NCBI GenBank assembly: GCA_001179505.1
Contig: CDMY01000520.1
Location: 124,001 to 188,000 of the forward strand
DNA length: 64,000 nucleotides
Source: Vitrella brassicaformis CCMP3155
Lineage: Eukaryota; Protista; Chromerida
Direction of reading: 5' to 3'
Both the position numbers and the translations under genes were made by a program. The notes under the pieces are model-generated. The model did no database searches. It saw only the letters and a program-made list of their open reading frames with translations, and had not been told where the DNA came from. Shown here piece after piece: positions 1-12,063 of the stretch (the first letter of the stretch is position 1; the number at the start of each line of letters is the position of its first letter).

Positions 1-107
1 TGAGCATCTTCAGCGCTTCAGCTGTCCTGGCTTACTCATTTCAGCTATCAACGTTCAACGGCAAACCCTCAGTCAGTCTGTTTCTGCCATCACCCCACCC
101 CTTACTC

Positions 108-407
108 NNNNNNNNNNNNNNNNNNNNNNNNNNNNNNNNNNNNNNNNNNNNNNNNNNNNNNNNNNNNNNNNNNNNNNNNNNNNNNNNNNNNNNNNNNNNN
201 NNNNNNNNNNNNNNNNNNNNNNNNNNNNNNNNNNNNNNNNNNNNNNNNNNNNNNNNNNNNNNNNNNNNNNNNNNNNNNNNNNNNNNNNNNNNNNNNNNNN
301 NNNNNNNNNNNNNNNNNNNNNNNNNNNNNNNNNNNNNNNNNNNNNNNNNNNNNNNNNNNNNNNNNNNNNNNNNNNNNNNNNNNNNNNNNNNNNNNNNNNN
401 NNNNNNN
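108..407. other. Assembly gap (300 N)
   Basis: Run of N in the sequence. Confidence 1.
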
Positions 408-421
408 CACCCACCACCTCC

Positions 422-2270
422 TCACTGGCCCGCCCCTCCGCCCTTCTTCCTCCGTTTGAATGGCGGCGAGCCCTTCCCGCCCTTCTTGGGCACCTTGCCA
501 TGCTTCGACACACCTGACGCGTCACGCGGCCTCTCCCCATCAGAAGGTCTCTTCTTGCCCTTGGCCGCCGGTGGCTGGCCCGCAGCTGCTGCCTGTTGCT
601 GTTGGTGCTTGCCCTTGTGTTTCTTCTTGCCCTTCTTGGCGCTCTGGGGGCCACAACACCGCAACACACACGACAAGGGATGCACACAGAGAGTGTTGGG
701 GTGGCTCTGTGCAGACTGACCGATGGTGCGCCAGCAGCTGAAGCAGATGGTGGCGGTGGCTCCTTGTCTGGGAAGGTGAGCGGTCTCTCGAGCATGTCGG
801 CTGTGATGTTGGATTCGTCCCACGTCTGGACCGCCTCGTTGTGCTTCCGTCGGTCCTTCTTGATGCGAGACGGGATGACGTTGGACTCCTGAAACACACA
901 AAGGAGATGCACTCGCCACACGCGTGTGTGCGTGTGTGTGTGGGTACCTTCTTGAGTTTTGCGACGAAGAAGCCGTCCATGTTGTGCACGTGGGGGTAGT
1001 ACCTGACAGACAGACAGACGGACGACATGAGAGAGGCAGCGACTCCCACCGACACACCAATCTACCTCCTGGCGTTGTCGATGGATGGATGGAAGCGACG
1101 CTCCCGGAAACGGGTCAATCCTGCACACACGTGGCCAGCCACATTTGTTTTGTTTGTGCTCTGTGTGTGTGTGGTGTCGTGTGCGTGTGTGTGTGTGTGT
1201 GTGTGGGCGCTGACCGTGGACGCCGAAGTTGGGATCGATGGCGTCGATTGGGACCACCTTGACGTGGCGAATGTGCAAGATGTGATCCTGAGAGAGAGGA
1301 AACACGTGACCATGGATGGGTGTGTGGGGTCAGGTCTGTCCTCGTGTCTGTCGGTGCGTGTCTGACTGACCAGGACGGCCTCGTTCTCCTCCACACTCAG
1401 GGAGCACGTCGAATACCTGCACAAGCAGCCAGGACACGGCAGTGTGCGAGATACACATGCGCGTGGCTGGCTGGCTGGCTGGCTTGTTTGTTGGTAGCTG
1501 CCTTACACGATGTATCCGCCCGTCTTTGAGTTGGCGTCGACCAGGTCGACGGCCACCCGCAGCAGCTCCTTCTGCAGAACCGAATGCTCCTCGAAATCCT
1601 TCGGACCCTACAATACAAAAGACACATAGCCAACACACACACACACACAGAATGAACACACGGATGTGAGGAGGGGAAGCGTACAGACCCGTTTGACTTT
1701 GACTGAAGCGTCGCGTGCAATGATGCCAGCCCCGCTGCAGGGGGCGTCCAGCAGCACCTGCACACACACACACCAGACCGCCAACCAGCCCCAGACAGAC
1801 ACACAGGGGTGCCTCCTGGAGTGTCTGGGGTGGTGTGAGAGATTTCTCACCCGGTCCACTTTGGGCAGATGCTCAGCCAGCCTGTCCAAAGAAGCCCAGC
1901 AGACAGGCAGCAGAAGCAGCCATACACACCACACCACTCCATGCCCCGCACCCCCGCGGGTAGGTACTCTCCCTGTGCTCACTCACTCACTCCTTCACTC
2001 ACTTTCGTCCATCCATGTTGACAACGATCGAGTTCAGGATGCCCATCCGGTGAAGATTTGCTGCCTGTGGAGTGGAGTCACGAACCAGATCCATATCATG
2101 CTGACCCCCGTGTGTCTGGTCGGTCGCCTCACTGACCAGTGAGGTGCACCGGTCCTTCTTGGCGTCGTTGGCGAAGATGATGCCGCTGCTCTTCATCAGC
2201 TGACCTGCACACACACAGCCAGGCCGCACAGACGTACACACAAATGAACGATCCTCTCAGGGCTCCTCTT

Positions 2271-2305
<35 letters not shown>

Positions 2306-4328
2306 AGGATGGCTTTCTTACCAATGTAAGTCGTTTTGCCTCCCGGTGCGGCGGCCATGTCGACGACCTTCTCGCCCGGCTGCGGGGCCAGCGCCATCAC
2401 CGGCAGAAAGGAGCTCGCACTCTGATCGATGGATTGACAGACAGACGGGGGGACGTGCACACAGGCAGGGAGGGATGAGCGGTGAAGGGTGTGCATGGCT
2501 TGCTGGTCAGTGCAGTTAGTTACTTGGAGCATGTAGTAGCCCGACATGTACTCTGGCGTCGCTCCTGATCGACAGACAGCACCAACAAGCTGTGGGTTCG
2601 TCCATGAGGTGGCCGCGTCGCGGCTTGTGTCGCTCTCTCACCGATGGGCACTGAGCTGGACAAGACCGTCAGGCCCACTTTGGTCCACTCGCCTGATTGA
2701 AGACAGACAGACACACACACGGTGCACCAGGTGACTGACTCACTCACCAATGGGGTCCACGTTGGCTCCTCTCGCAATCAGATTCTGGCACGTTCGAGCA
2801 TATGCACAAGGGCAAGCGCACCATGCTTGGCTGTATCCCCGCCGTCTGTCCCTGTGTGTGTGTGTCCACCTGTGCAAGGTCCCTGCGCTTGATCTTGAGG
2901 GTGTTGGTCCGGACTGCACGCACAGACACGCGCACATGGTAAGCTCGTTTCCACATCTCCCTCCCTCCCTCCCTCCCTCCCTCCCTCACTTGTGACTGGC
3001 CTGGGCTTCTCGTTGGTCTCAAAGAACTCTATCGCCTGCCAGCCAGCCAGACAGCCAGCCACATCAAACCTCCAATCCCACCACCACCACCACCACACAG
3101 CAAGGAGTGTTCGACAGGTCTACCTACCTCTTGTGGCGAGAAGAGTTTGAGGAAGTAGTCGGCGAGTTCGGGGCCGTACCCATAGAAGGAGCTCACGTCC
3201 GCAGTCAGCTGAGCCATCAAATCAGCGCGCTTCCTGCCTGAACGCACACACACACACACAGCCGCACAGACACACGATGCCCTTTTGTCTGCTTGTTTCC
3301 TGCGTCCGTCTCGCACCTTTCCTGGCCCGCTCGTCCATCGTCTTCCAGCTCTCCAGCAGCATCACCGTGTCCTGGATCCTCTGGTAGAGGGAACAAACCC
3401 ACGCCACACAGACGTATGCAGCACACACGCTCGCAAAGTGTGCTTGCTTCGCCCGCCCGACGAACCTGTTTGATGGCCCCGAGGTCGAACGCGCCCTTCA
3501 TGGTGACCCCTCCGCTGAGCTTGGCACCGCCCTCGCCCTCGTCCTGCTGGTCGTCGATGTTGAGGGTCATGTCCTCGTCATCGGCTGGAGCGCCATCCTG
3601 CATCCCCTCGTAGTCTTCATCGGCTGCTGCCTCTGCCTCCTCCTCCTCTCGCTGACACACGGAGAGAAGACAGCCAGCTGTCAGCTGGGGCCACGTGTGC
3701 AGTGTGACTCCTCGTTAAGGACCCACCTGTCTCTTCCTGTCGAGTCGTCTTGACTTCTTCTCCATCGTCTCGACGTCAAACTCGTCGTCATCCTCTTCAT
3801 CTTCGTCCTCATCCTCATCTGCAGACATCCAGACGGACGAACTCCATCCCTTCTTGTGCCGGATTCTGTGTGTGCAGATGTGTGTCACCGCACCATCCTC
3901 ATCCTCATCCTCGTCCTCTTCCGCTTCATCGTCCAGCAGTGACTTCAGGGCACCACGACTGGCCCCCCCAACAGGTGCACTGACGGGGGATGGGTGGATG
4001 GGCCGAGAACACAACACAGGCAACGACAAATCATACTCGTGTGCGCACAAGTTCACGTACGAGTCGGCTTACTGTGAGGCGCTTTGCCCCTCCATCTCCT
4101 CTCCCTCGTCGGATGCCTCGCCATTCTCATCGATATCATCTTCCTCCTTCTTCTCCTCGGCCTCTGAGTCAATCAACACATCAGGAAACAAGACATTTCA
4201 CCCAGAACTGCATGCATCACTCCCTCCCCCTCCACCGACCCACCCGTCACCTGACCTTCCGTGGCCCTGTCGGCCTGCTTCCTCAGCAGCACCTGCTTCA
4301 GCCTCTCCAGGTCTCGCTGTTTTTTCAT
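422..4328 (-). CDS. NOP2: Nucleolar 25S/28S rRNA m5C methyltransferase (NOL1/NOP2/Sun family), multi-exon
   Basis: Spliced exons give [12 protein letters not shown]..., an acidic N-terminus, [100 protein letters not shown] and a Lys-rich tail ending at the stop 422-424. These are the standard Nop2 motifs. Confidence 0.95.
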
Positions 4329-4800
4329 CTCTCAGCACAGATCTATGCAGTTCCCCTCCACTGTCGGCCTCCTGGCTGCCTGGCTGAGCCGTTCAAGTCC
4401 TTTTCGCCTTCTCTCCTCACGATCGCGGATATCTTTGAGCTCGCAAGTGGGTCTGGAAGGTCCTTTTCCTTCGCACGATGAGCCTTAAGACCAGCCGCCA
4501 AGGCCGCGCTACGCACTGATCCAGCGCTGCACACACACACGCGCACAAAACCGTGACCTGCCTGCCTGGTGAGTCACAGTGAGTGAGTCAGTCAGTCAGT
4601 GAGTGCGCTAAGACAGGCGCGGGAGGGCAATGCGCGTGCAGATCTCCGGCTGCATGTGTGTGTGTCCTTGTGCCGCAGCTTCTGCTTCACTAGGCTGCCT
4701 GGCTCCTCCCCACCTCTCCCGGCATCTGTCCCTTCCCTGCAGCTAGATCTCTTTTGGACGTGGCCGTGCTCGCTGAGTGGCCGCTCGAGTGGTTGGAGCG

Positions 4801-7442
4801 ATGGTGCGTCGCGAGATCATCATCCCGGTGAGCGGGGCGTCTTCATCCCCCCTCCCGCGCCTCTGGCCCGGCGGACCTGCAGCCAACGACACTACCATCA
4901 CGAACGCCGAGGACGGCACCACCACCACCACCACCACCACCCCCTCCTGGGCGGCTGTCGGCCCGCTCGACGCCGAGACTGCCAGCCAGGACGGACTGAC
5001 GCAGCCGCAGAAGTACAAGCAGCAGTTCTTCAAGACCAAGATGTGAGCCAACACAACATAACATACACACCGTCAGCCAGGGCAGGGGATGAGGGGGAGG
5101 GGAGCCACATGCAGGCAGGCAGGCAGGCAGGCAGGCAGGCCGTGCGTCTCTCGTCGACTGATGTGTGTGAGACATGCCATACCGAGAGACGGGACAGGCC
5201 GCGGGATCTGCATGCTATGCTGTGTGTCGTGTTGCGCTGTTGGTTGCGTCAGGTGCCCATGGGAGGTGCAGGGTCGCTGCCATCGCCAAGCGCAATGCAA
5301 CTTCGCCCACTCGGCTGAGGAACTGGTACCTACACCGACAGAGCACCACTCACTCCACTGGACGGACCGTGAGTGTTCCGTGTTTCTCGTGTGTGGTGTT
5401 GCGTTGGATCAGCGTGTGGCTCCAAACCTCACACGCACAAGCCTGTGCCCCAACCTGCTCAAGGTGGGTCATGTCACCCACCCTCCACTCAGCAGACGGC
5501 TGTCTGGCTTGCTGGCTCAGGCAGACAAGACATGCACCTCCCTGTCGTGTGCTGCCTGTCTGTCTGTCTGTCTGTGTGTGCAGAAGGGCGAGTGTCGCCG
5601 TGCGGACTGCCAGTTCGCTCACGCCATCCGAGAGCTGCGAGCCACCGGGTGAGTGAGAGACTGCATGCCATGCCCACCGACACTCGAGTGCCACGTGTGC
5701 TGTGTGTGTTGTGATGAATCACTCACTAATCAGGTCGTTTTACAAGACGAAGCTGTGCACCTTCTGGGGCAAGGGAGTGTGCAAGGCGGGCGTGACTTGC
5801 CGCTACGCCCACGGCCAGGAGGAGCTCGAGCTCTTCCTGCAGCTCAGACCGGACCCACTCGAGGCAAAGGCTAACAACACCAACAGTGGCAGTGGCAGTG
5901 GCAGCCAGGAGCAGGCCGACGACAAGAGCCTCATCGACGACCTCAAGCACATCCTCTACAAGAACAAGGCCACCACCGTCCTGCAGGCCATCAACGAGTC
6001 CACTCCACCACCCCCACACAAAACACAGACCACCAGCACGGCCGACAGCCACCCCGACGGCGCCAATCGCAGCGGCGGCAGTACCGTCGACGAGCGCACG
6101 GGCACCAGTGGCCCACCACTGAGCCACCCCCCCGCCCCCTCTCTCTCCTTCCCCACCATCCTCACCGTGCCGACCAAGGCAGTGCGCCCCGGTCAGCAAG
6201 GCAGCCACCTGATGAGCCTCATCCGACCCATCCACACGGCGAGCGACCCCATCCCCGCCCCGCCCGCATACGCACCCCTCTGGGGGGCTGACCACCACAG
6301 CCAGCAGCAGCACCAGCAGCAGCAGCAGCAGCAAGATGGGAGCGGTGGATTGCTGGCGCTCCTCACGGGAGGCGATGGTGTGTCGGGGGTGGGGGTGGGT
6401 GCCGGTGCGGGTGTGCCGTCGGCTTCGAGCGAGCAGCAGCATTTGCAGCAGCAGCAGCAGCATCAGCAGTACCCTTTGCACCCCCACATGAACAACCCCC
6501 ACATGAACAAACGCTTCTCCCCGTTCCAGGAAGTGACACGGAAGGGGGAGGGGGGTTTCATGACCACCGACACCACCGGCGGCAGCAACAGACAGCCGCC
6601 CCACACGACTCAGGACATCAGACCCACCACCCGACTCAGCGCAGGCCGACTGGGGGGCGGCATCGAGATCGACACAGAGGGGGACATGGTGGCCCGTGAC
6701 CACCATGTGTGGACCGCCACCACCACCAGCAGCGGCGGCAGCAAGGTGGACGCAACGCCCATGCCCTTCTACCAGGACCAGCCGGGTGCTGCGGCGGTGG
6801 GCCACATCCCCATGGCGGCCACAGCCTTCACCGTCACCCCCACGGCAGCAGCAGGGACAGGGACGGCGGGCAGCACCCCCACGGCCAACCCGCCCTGGCA
6901 CCTTCCGTCGCTGACCAACTCGCCCGAGACGCCCTTCCTCCCCGACACCCCCGCGGACGCCGTGTGCAGCCCCATCCAGCTCATGCAGGTCTGCCAGCCC
7001 GCCGGCACTCATGGCCACGTCCCGCCTGCCTGCATTGGCGTGGGTAGTGGTGTTGGTGCCGTGTCTGGAGGTGGGAGCGGGTCGTCCCCTGTGATGGGTG
7101 TGCACCGCAGCGGCAGCGGGGTCAGCACCACTGCGTCGACGCCATCGCACGCCAGTGCCAACAACCCGGCGGTGGCTGTGTCGCCCGTGGTCAGTGAGAT
7201 TCACCGATTGTCGCAGTGTGGTGTGATACTTTCTGCATTTGTGTCTGTGTGTGTGTGTTTATGAAGCTCCCCGCTCACCTATTGCGCATGAGCAGCGGAA
7301 CCATCAATGAGCACGGTAAGAGCAGCGCGGCACACCCGAGCAGCTCGCGTCGGCCGGTGTCGATGGGAGTGTGTGTTGTGTTTGTTGTGTGTGTCTGTGT
7401 GCAGAGTTGAAGGCCGCAGCCCCGACCTACTACGAAGAGTGA
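4801..7442 (+). CDS. Tandem 3x CCCH zinc-finger RNA-binding protein with a long low-complexity C-terminus
   Basis: FFKTKMCPWEVQGRCHRQAQCNFAHSAEEL; LTRTSLCPNLLK-GECRRADCQFAHAIREL; FYKTKLCTFWGKGVCKAGVTCRYAHGQEEL. GT-AG introns keep the frame. Last exons give LPAHLLRMSSGTINEH-ELKAAAPTYYEE*. Confidence 0.9.
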
Positions 7443-7499
7443 CGACTAACTGACGGCCGGCAAAGGAGACCCAAAGAACGAGGCGTTTCCTAAGCCGCC

Positions 7500-10400
7500 G
7501 AACGACCGACACACACACACACCCTCTTACAAACCGTATGTATACCTCCCACCCATGCCTATCGCATACCTACTTGCACACTGCGGCTGCCTGCCTCCCT
7601 GCCTCCCCGGCTGGTTGCCTTGTCTCTTCTCCCTCTGTCTGTCTTTCCTGGCTTTTACTTACCCTACCTGCTTTCTTACCTGCTGACTGAAATGGGTGGC
7701 GTGTGTGGTGTGGTGGCCGCATGTTAACGGACTGAGTGAGTACACGTGTGCGACCACTCGGCTGGCCCGCCAGTGAGAGCGCCAGTGAGGCGGGCGGGTG
7801 GGCGGATGTGTTTGGGGGTGTTGACCGATGTGCCACTGACTGACTGACTCATTAACTGACTGACTATTACGTACTGGCGGTTTTGGTCTCTTGTCTCACT
7901 GGATAGATGGATGGATGCGTGGATGGATGGATGGCATGTTTGGGAGGTGCGGTGTGTGTGGTGTGTGGATGTGTGTCCGTGAGTGACGTGACGTGACGTG
8001 ACGTGACGTGATGTGTGTAACGGGTAGCCTGTATGGTATGCAATGGATCGATGGATGGATGGATGTGCGTATGGGTGTGGTGTGTGTATGCCTTCATACC
8101 GATGTCATCAGATGCCCTGCTTGGCTTGATCTGGCTGTCGGTCGCTGCGTGGGTGGCTGACATGTTGTTCCGAATTCACCTCACTCACCCACTCACTCAC
8201 CCACCCACTCACTCACTCACTCACCGCATGTCGCCCATTCACCCCACCCCACCCCACCCCACCCCACCACACCACACACCATCCGCCACTTATGTAGGAG
8301 CGATGCACACTCATGGACGGATTGATGGACGATGGCAGAGCCATGTTTTCACATGCCATCACACACACACACACACACACTCATGATGCGTCGTGTACCG
8401 GTTCACTCATTCACCTGTGTGGCCTGCCTGTCTCATGGATGGATGGATGGATGGACAAGAGAGAGAGAGAGAGAGAGCGTGTGTGCGCGGGTGTGGTGTG
8501 GGGGTGTGGTGTTTTCTTCCCGAGCAGTCTGTCCGTCCGCACGTGCGAGCGCTTTCAAGCAGCATGCACCCCTACACACACACAACTCAGAGAGAGAGAG
8601 AGAGAGACACAGAGGGAGGTGTGTCATCGTATCGTCCCATTGGGGGGATCGCGATGCAGCAAAGTGCATTTGGTGGTTTTTTCTTCTCACGCACAAAGAG
8701 ACGCTGGATCGCTCGATCGTTGGATGTGACGACCCACCTACAATGACAGCCAGAGAGACAGAGAGACAGACAGACCGCCGCTCTTTAGTCCCTTTACGTG
8801 CGTGGCATGGCACAAACATCGCAGAGACGACACGAGAGGAGAGCGAAGAGAGGACAGACAGACAGACAGACAGACAGACAGGTCAGCTCCTCACTCCATG
8901 GATGGATGGATGGAAAGGGGCGGCGGTCTTTGGCGAGCCTTTTAGCTCAGTCCATTCCTCATCCTTATATGTAACACTGCTGGCTGCCGAGCTGTTTGAG
9001 TCCACCACACCAGTCCACCGATATACCAACTGATTGATGCGCCCTGGTTCACTCCTCCCATCTCGTGCATGGCACACAGCGAGCAGACGATGAGTGGGTG
9101 AAAGAGTGTGTCAGGGCGGATCGTCCGTCGCCACGGAGTGAACAACACTCCTGACGGAAACAGACAGACAGACAGACTTATAAAGTGCAAGGTGGTTTTC
9201 TCATGTTTGGCGGTCGGCTGAGCGGTGTTGCCTTTTTGTGTTGGTGGACATGGTGTGTTATGGTGTGTCATGGTGTATGATGGTGTGTTGTGGATGGATC
9301 CTGACTCTGGCGGCTCACATACCCACCGATTTACCCACCGACAGACACGTCGGAGGAGGCAGTGAGTGAGTTAACTACCGAGGCGCCGGAGTGAGCGAAT
9401 ACATGCGATGCAGGTCATTGTGCGGGGCGTGTGCGTGTGTATGGGAGGGCGGAGAGTACCGGCTGGCTGGCTGGCTATTTTACTGGCTACATGGCCATGG
9501 ATGATATGCTTACTTAGTTGCGGTTGCTGCCATGCCACACACTGACTCACGGTGCTGCTGCTGCTGCTGATCTGTCCTCCCTCCTCCTTCTAACCTTGCT
9601 TCATTGCGCGGCCACAGAGAGGGGAGCGGGGGGTACGCCGGGCGGCCAGACGCCCAACTTTCTCACTCACTCACTTACGTACTTGCGTGGCGTGGTGTGG
9701 TGTGTCTGTGTGACTTTTTGCTCATCCTGCATGCATGGCTCGTTGTGTGTGTGCATCCCTGCTGTCTCATCCCTGCCTCCTTCTGCCCATTACCCGTCCA
9801 CCCACATCACTCACACACGCTATTCTTCCCTTGAAACCTGCCTGTCTGCCTGTCTGCCTGCCTGCCTGGCATGTCTGTCTCGCCTGTCTGTCTGTCTGTC
9901 TGTCCGTCTGTGTGTCTGCACGTCTCCATCCATCCGTCCGCACGTCGCGTCCCTGCACGCACGTCTCTCTCTCTCTCTCTCTCTCTGTGCGTCGGTCTAT
10001 CCCGTCTTGTCCTGTGGTGTGTGTGTTGCTTTCAATCGCTCGATGACGACTGTGTCTTCACGTTTTTCCACCCTCGGTTGCGTATCTGTCTATGTGTCCA
10101 TGTCTACGTCTGTGCGTGTGCACACGTCTGCCTGTCCGCCCCACCCAGCGACAGACAGGTGGGCGCCAGAGAGAGGGGGCAGGGCTGGGTGTTCCATGGC
10201 TGGCTGGCTGGCTGGCTGGGTCATCGGGCAAGGAAGCATGGTACGGTGCACCGGCATTCGGCACTTTTGTTCCTCCTCGTGATTTAACGAGCGGCATGTA
10301 CGGATGGCCCCATTCCCACACACCCACCCGCCTGCCCACTCTCTTCCCCATCCACGTGTCTCCCATGCACACGGGCCTCTTCCTGCCTCCCTGCCTGGCC

Positions 10401-12028
10401 TGTGCCTCTGTAGTGTCAAGATGGCGGCCAGCTCTCATCCGGGCATCGCTAATAACCTCCCTGCCTCTCTCCCTCGCTGCCTGCCTGCCTGCCTGCCGTC
10501 ACACCTCTCTGTCCACGTTGATGCGGCTGGCCGTGTACACTACACAAAACATCACATGGATGGGATCGAGTGGGTGGGAAGATCGATGTGGGGCGACGTA
10601 AGTACGTTAAGTACGTAAGTAAGGATGTATACGTGTGTGTATGTGTATGTGTGTACGTACGGATGAGTGTACGTATGAGTGTGAATGAATGAATCAATCA
10701 ATGTTGTAATTTGCTCGCCGGGTGCTCGGTTTGAGTGCACGGACGGTGCAGCAGAGTCTTGGCGGTGCATATGCATGTCATGTGCGATTTCCCTCCTTCC
10801 TTGCCTTCCTTGCTTGGATCGATCCATACATATATGTACCTTTTGTGTACGCGTAAGTACGTACCACCTAATACCTACCTATCTACCTATATATGTGTAC
10901 GTGTGTCCCTGTGTGTCTAAGAGAGTGTGCAAGAGTGAGTGAGTGAGCGAGTGAGTGCCCCCTTTCTTTCCTTTATCCATATCTTTCTGTAATATCGATC
11001 CGTCCGAAACGCACGCGCCCGCCAGTTGTTTTTTGCATGCGATTTTGAGGGCTGCATTGACTGATCGATACAGTGCAGGCCTTGCATATTCCCCCTCACT
11101 GTGTCACTCGCTCGCTCGCTCGCTCGCTCGTCTGTGGCTGTGTCTGTGTTTGCCTGAGTGTGTGCGCGTGTGTGTGAGTCGGTAATGGCATACTGGTGGG
11201 ATATCCAGCCATTGGCCGAGCGACGGACCATCCTACCGTCCGTCTGTGAGTCTGGGTGTCCGTGTGTATCTCTTCTTTCTTCCTTCCTTCATTCGGCTGC
11301 CTGCTTGATCCGTTCGTTCCTCATTCATGTTGATATGCCTTCATGGGCACACGTGCATACGTTTGGCTGACTGACTAGTGAGAGCCGCAGACAGAAACAG
11401 AGAGGAGAGCGGGGGCGGGGGGAGAGAAAGGTTCCATGTGTGCATGCGTCTGTGTCGGTCGATCGCTGCTGCGTCACTCACTCGCCTCACCCGCTGACTG
11501 CTGCCCCGTCCCCTACACTCACCCTCACACTCGCTGCCATTCCATCCCATCGTCCATCTACCCATCTACCCATCCATCCGCAGACCTCCCTCTGCCCCTT
11601 CTTGCTACTTGCTACTTGCGTGTCCTCTGTCGTCCGTCTCGTGTCGCGTGTCATCTTTCCTTTGTTGCCCTACCATTGACCGCCTCTCTGTTTGCCTGTT
11701 TGCCTGGTCTCCCTCTCTTCTCCCCTCTTCCCCTCCCCGTTCCTCTGCGCAGCAGACGCCCGTCTGGAGTGGATACCCTCGTTTGTCTCTTTTTTCGCAC
11801 CCTGCTGCCCTCCCTCCTCGCCGTTGAAAGCAAGGGGTCACTCACTCAACCACTCCCTCACTTACTGGGATGGGGACAGACACAGAGAGAGAGATGCATG
11901 AGATCAGTGTGGGTGTCGTTCGTGAGTGAGGCTGTCTTGTCCATCTGGCCATTCATCCAACCATGCGACCATCTTTCTATCTATCCTTTTTGGGCCCGCC
12001 CACGCTCACTCCCGTGTCTGTGTGTCCA

Positions 12029-12063
<35 letters not shown>

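Noticed and set aside
73-1305. 410-aa minus-strand ORF spanning the gap
   Set aside because: It is open only because of the N-run and crosses NOP2 introns; not a real protein
5726-7204. 492-aa antisense ORF
   Set aside because: Shadow of the GC-rich CCCH exon on the + strand
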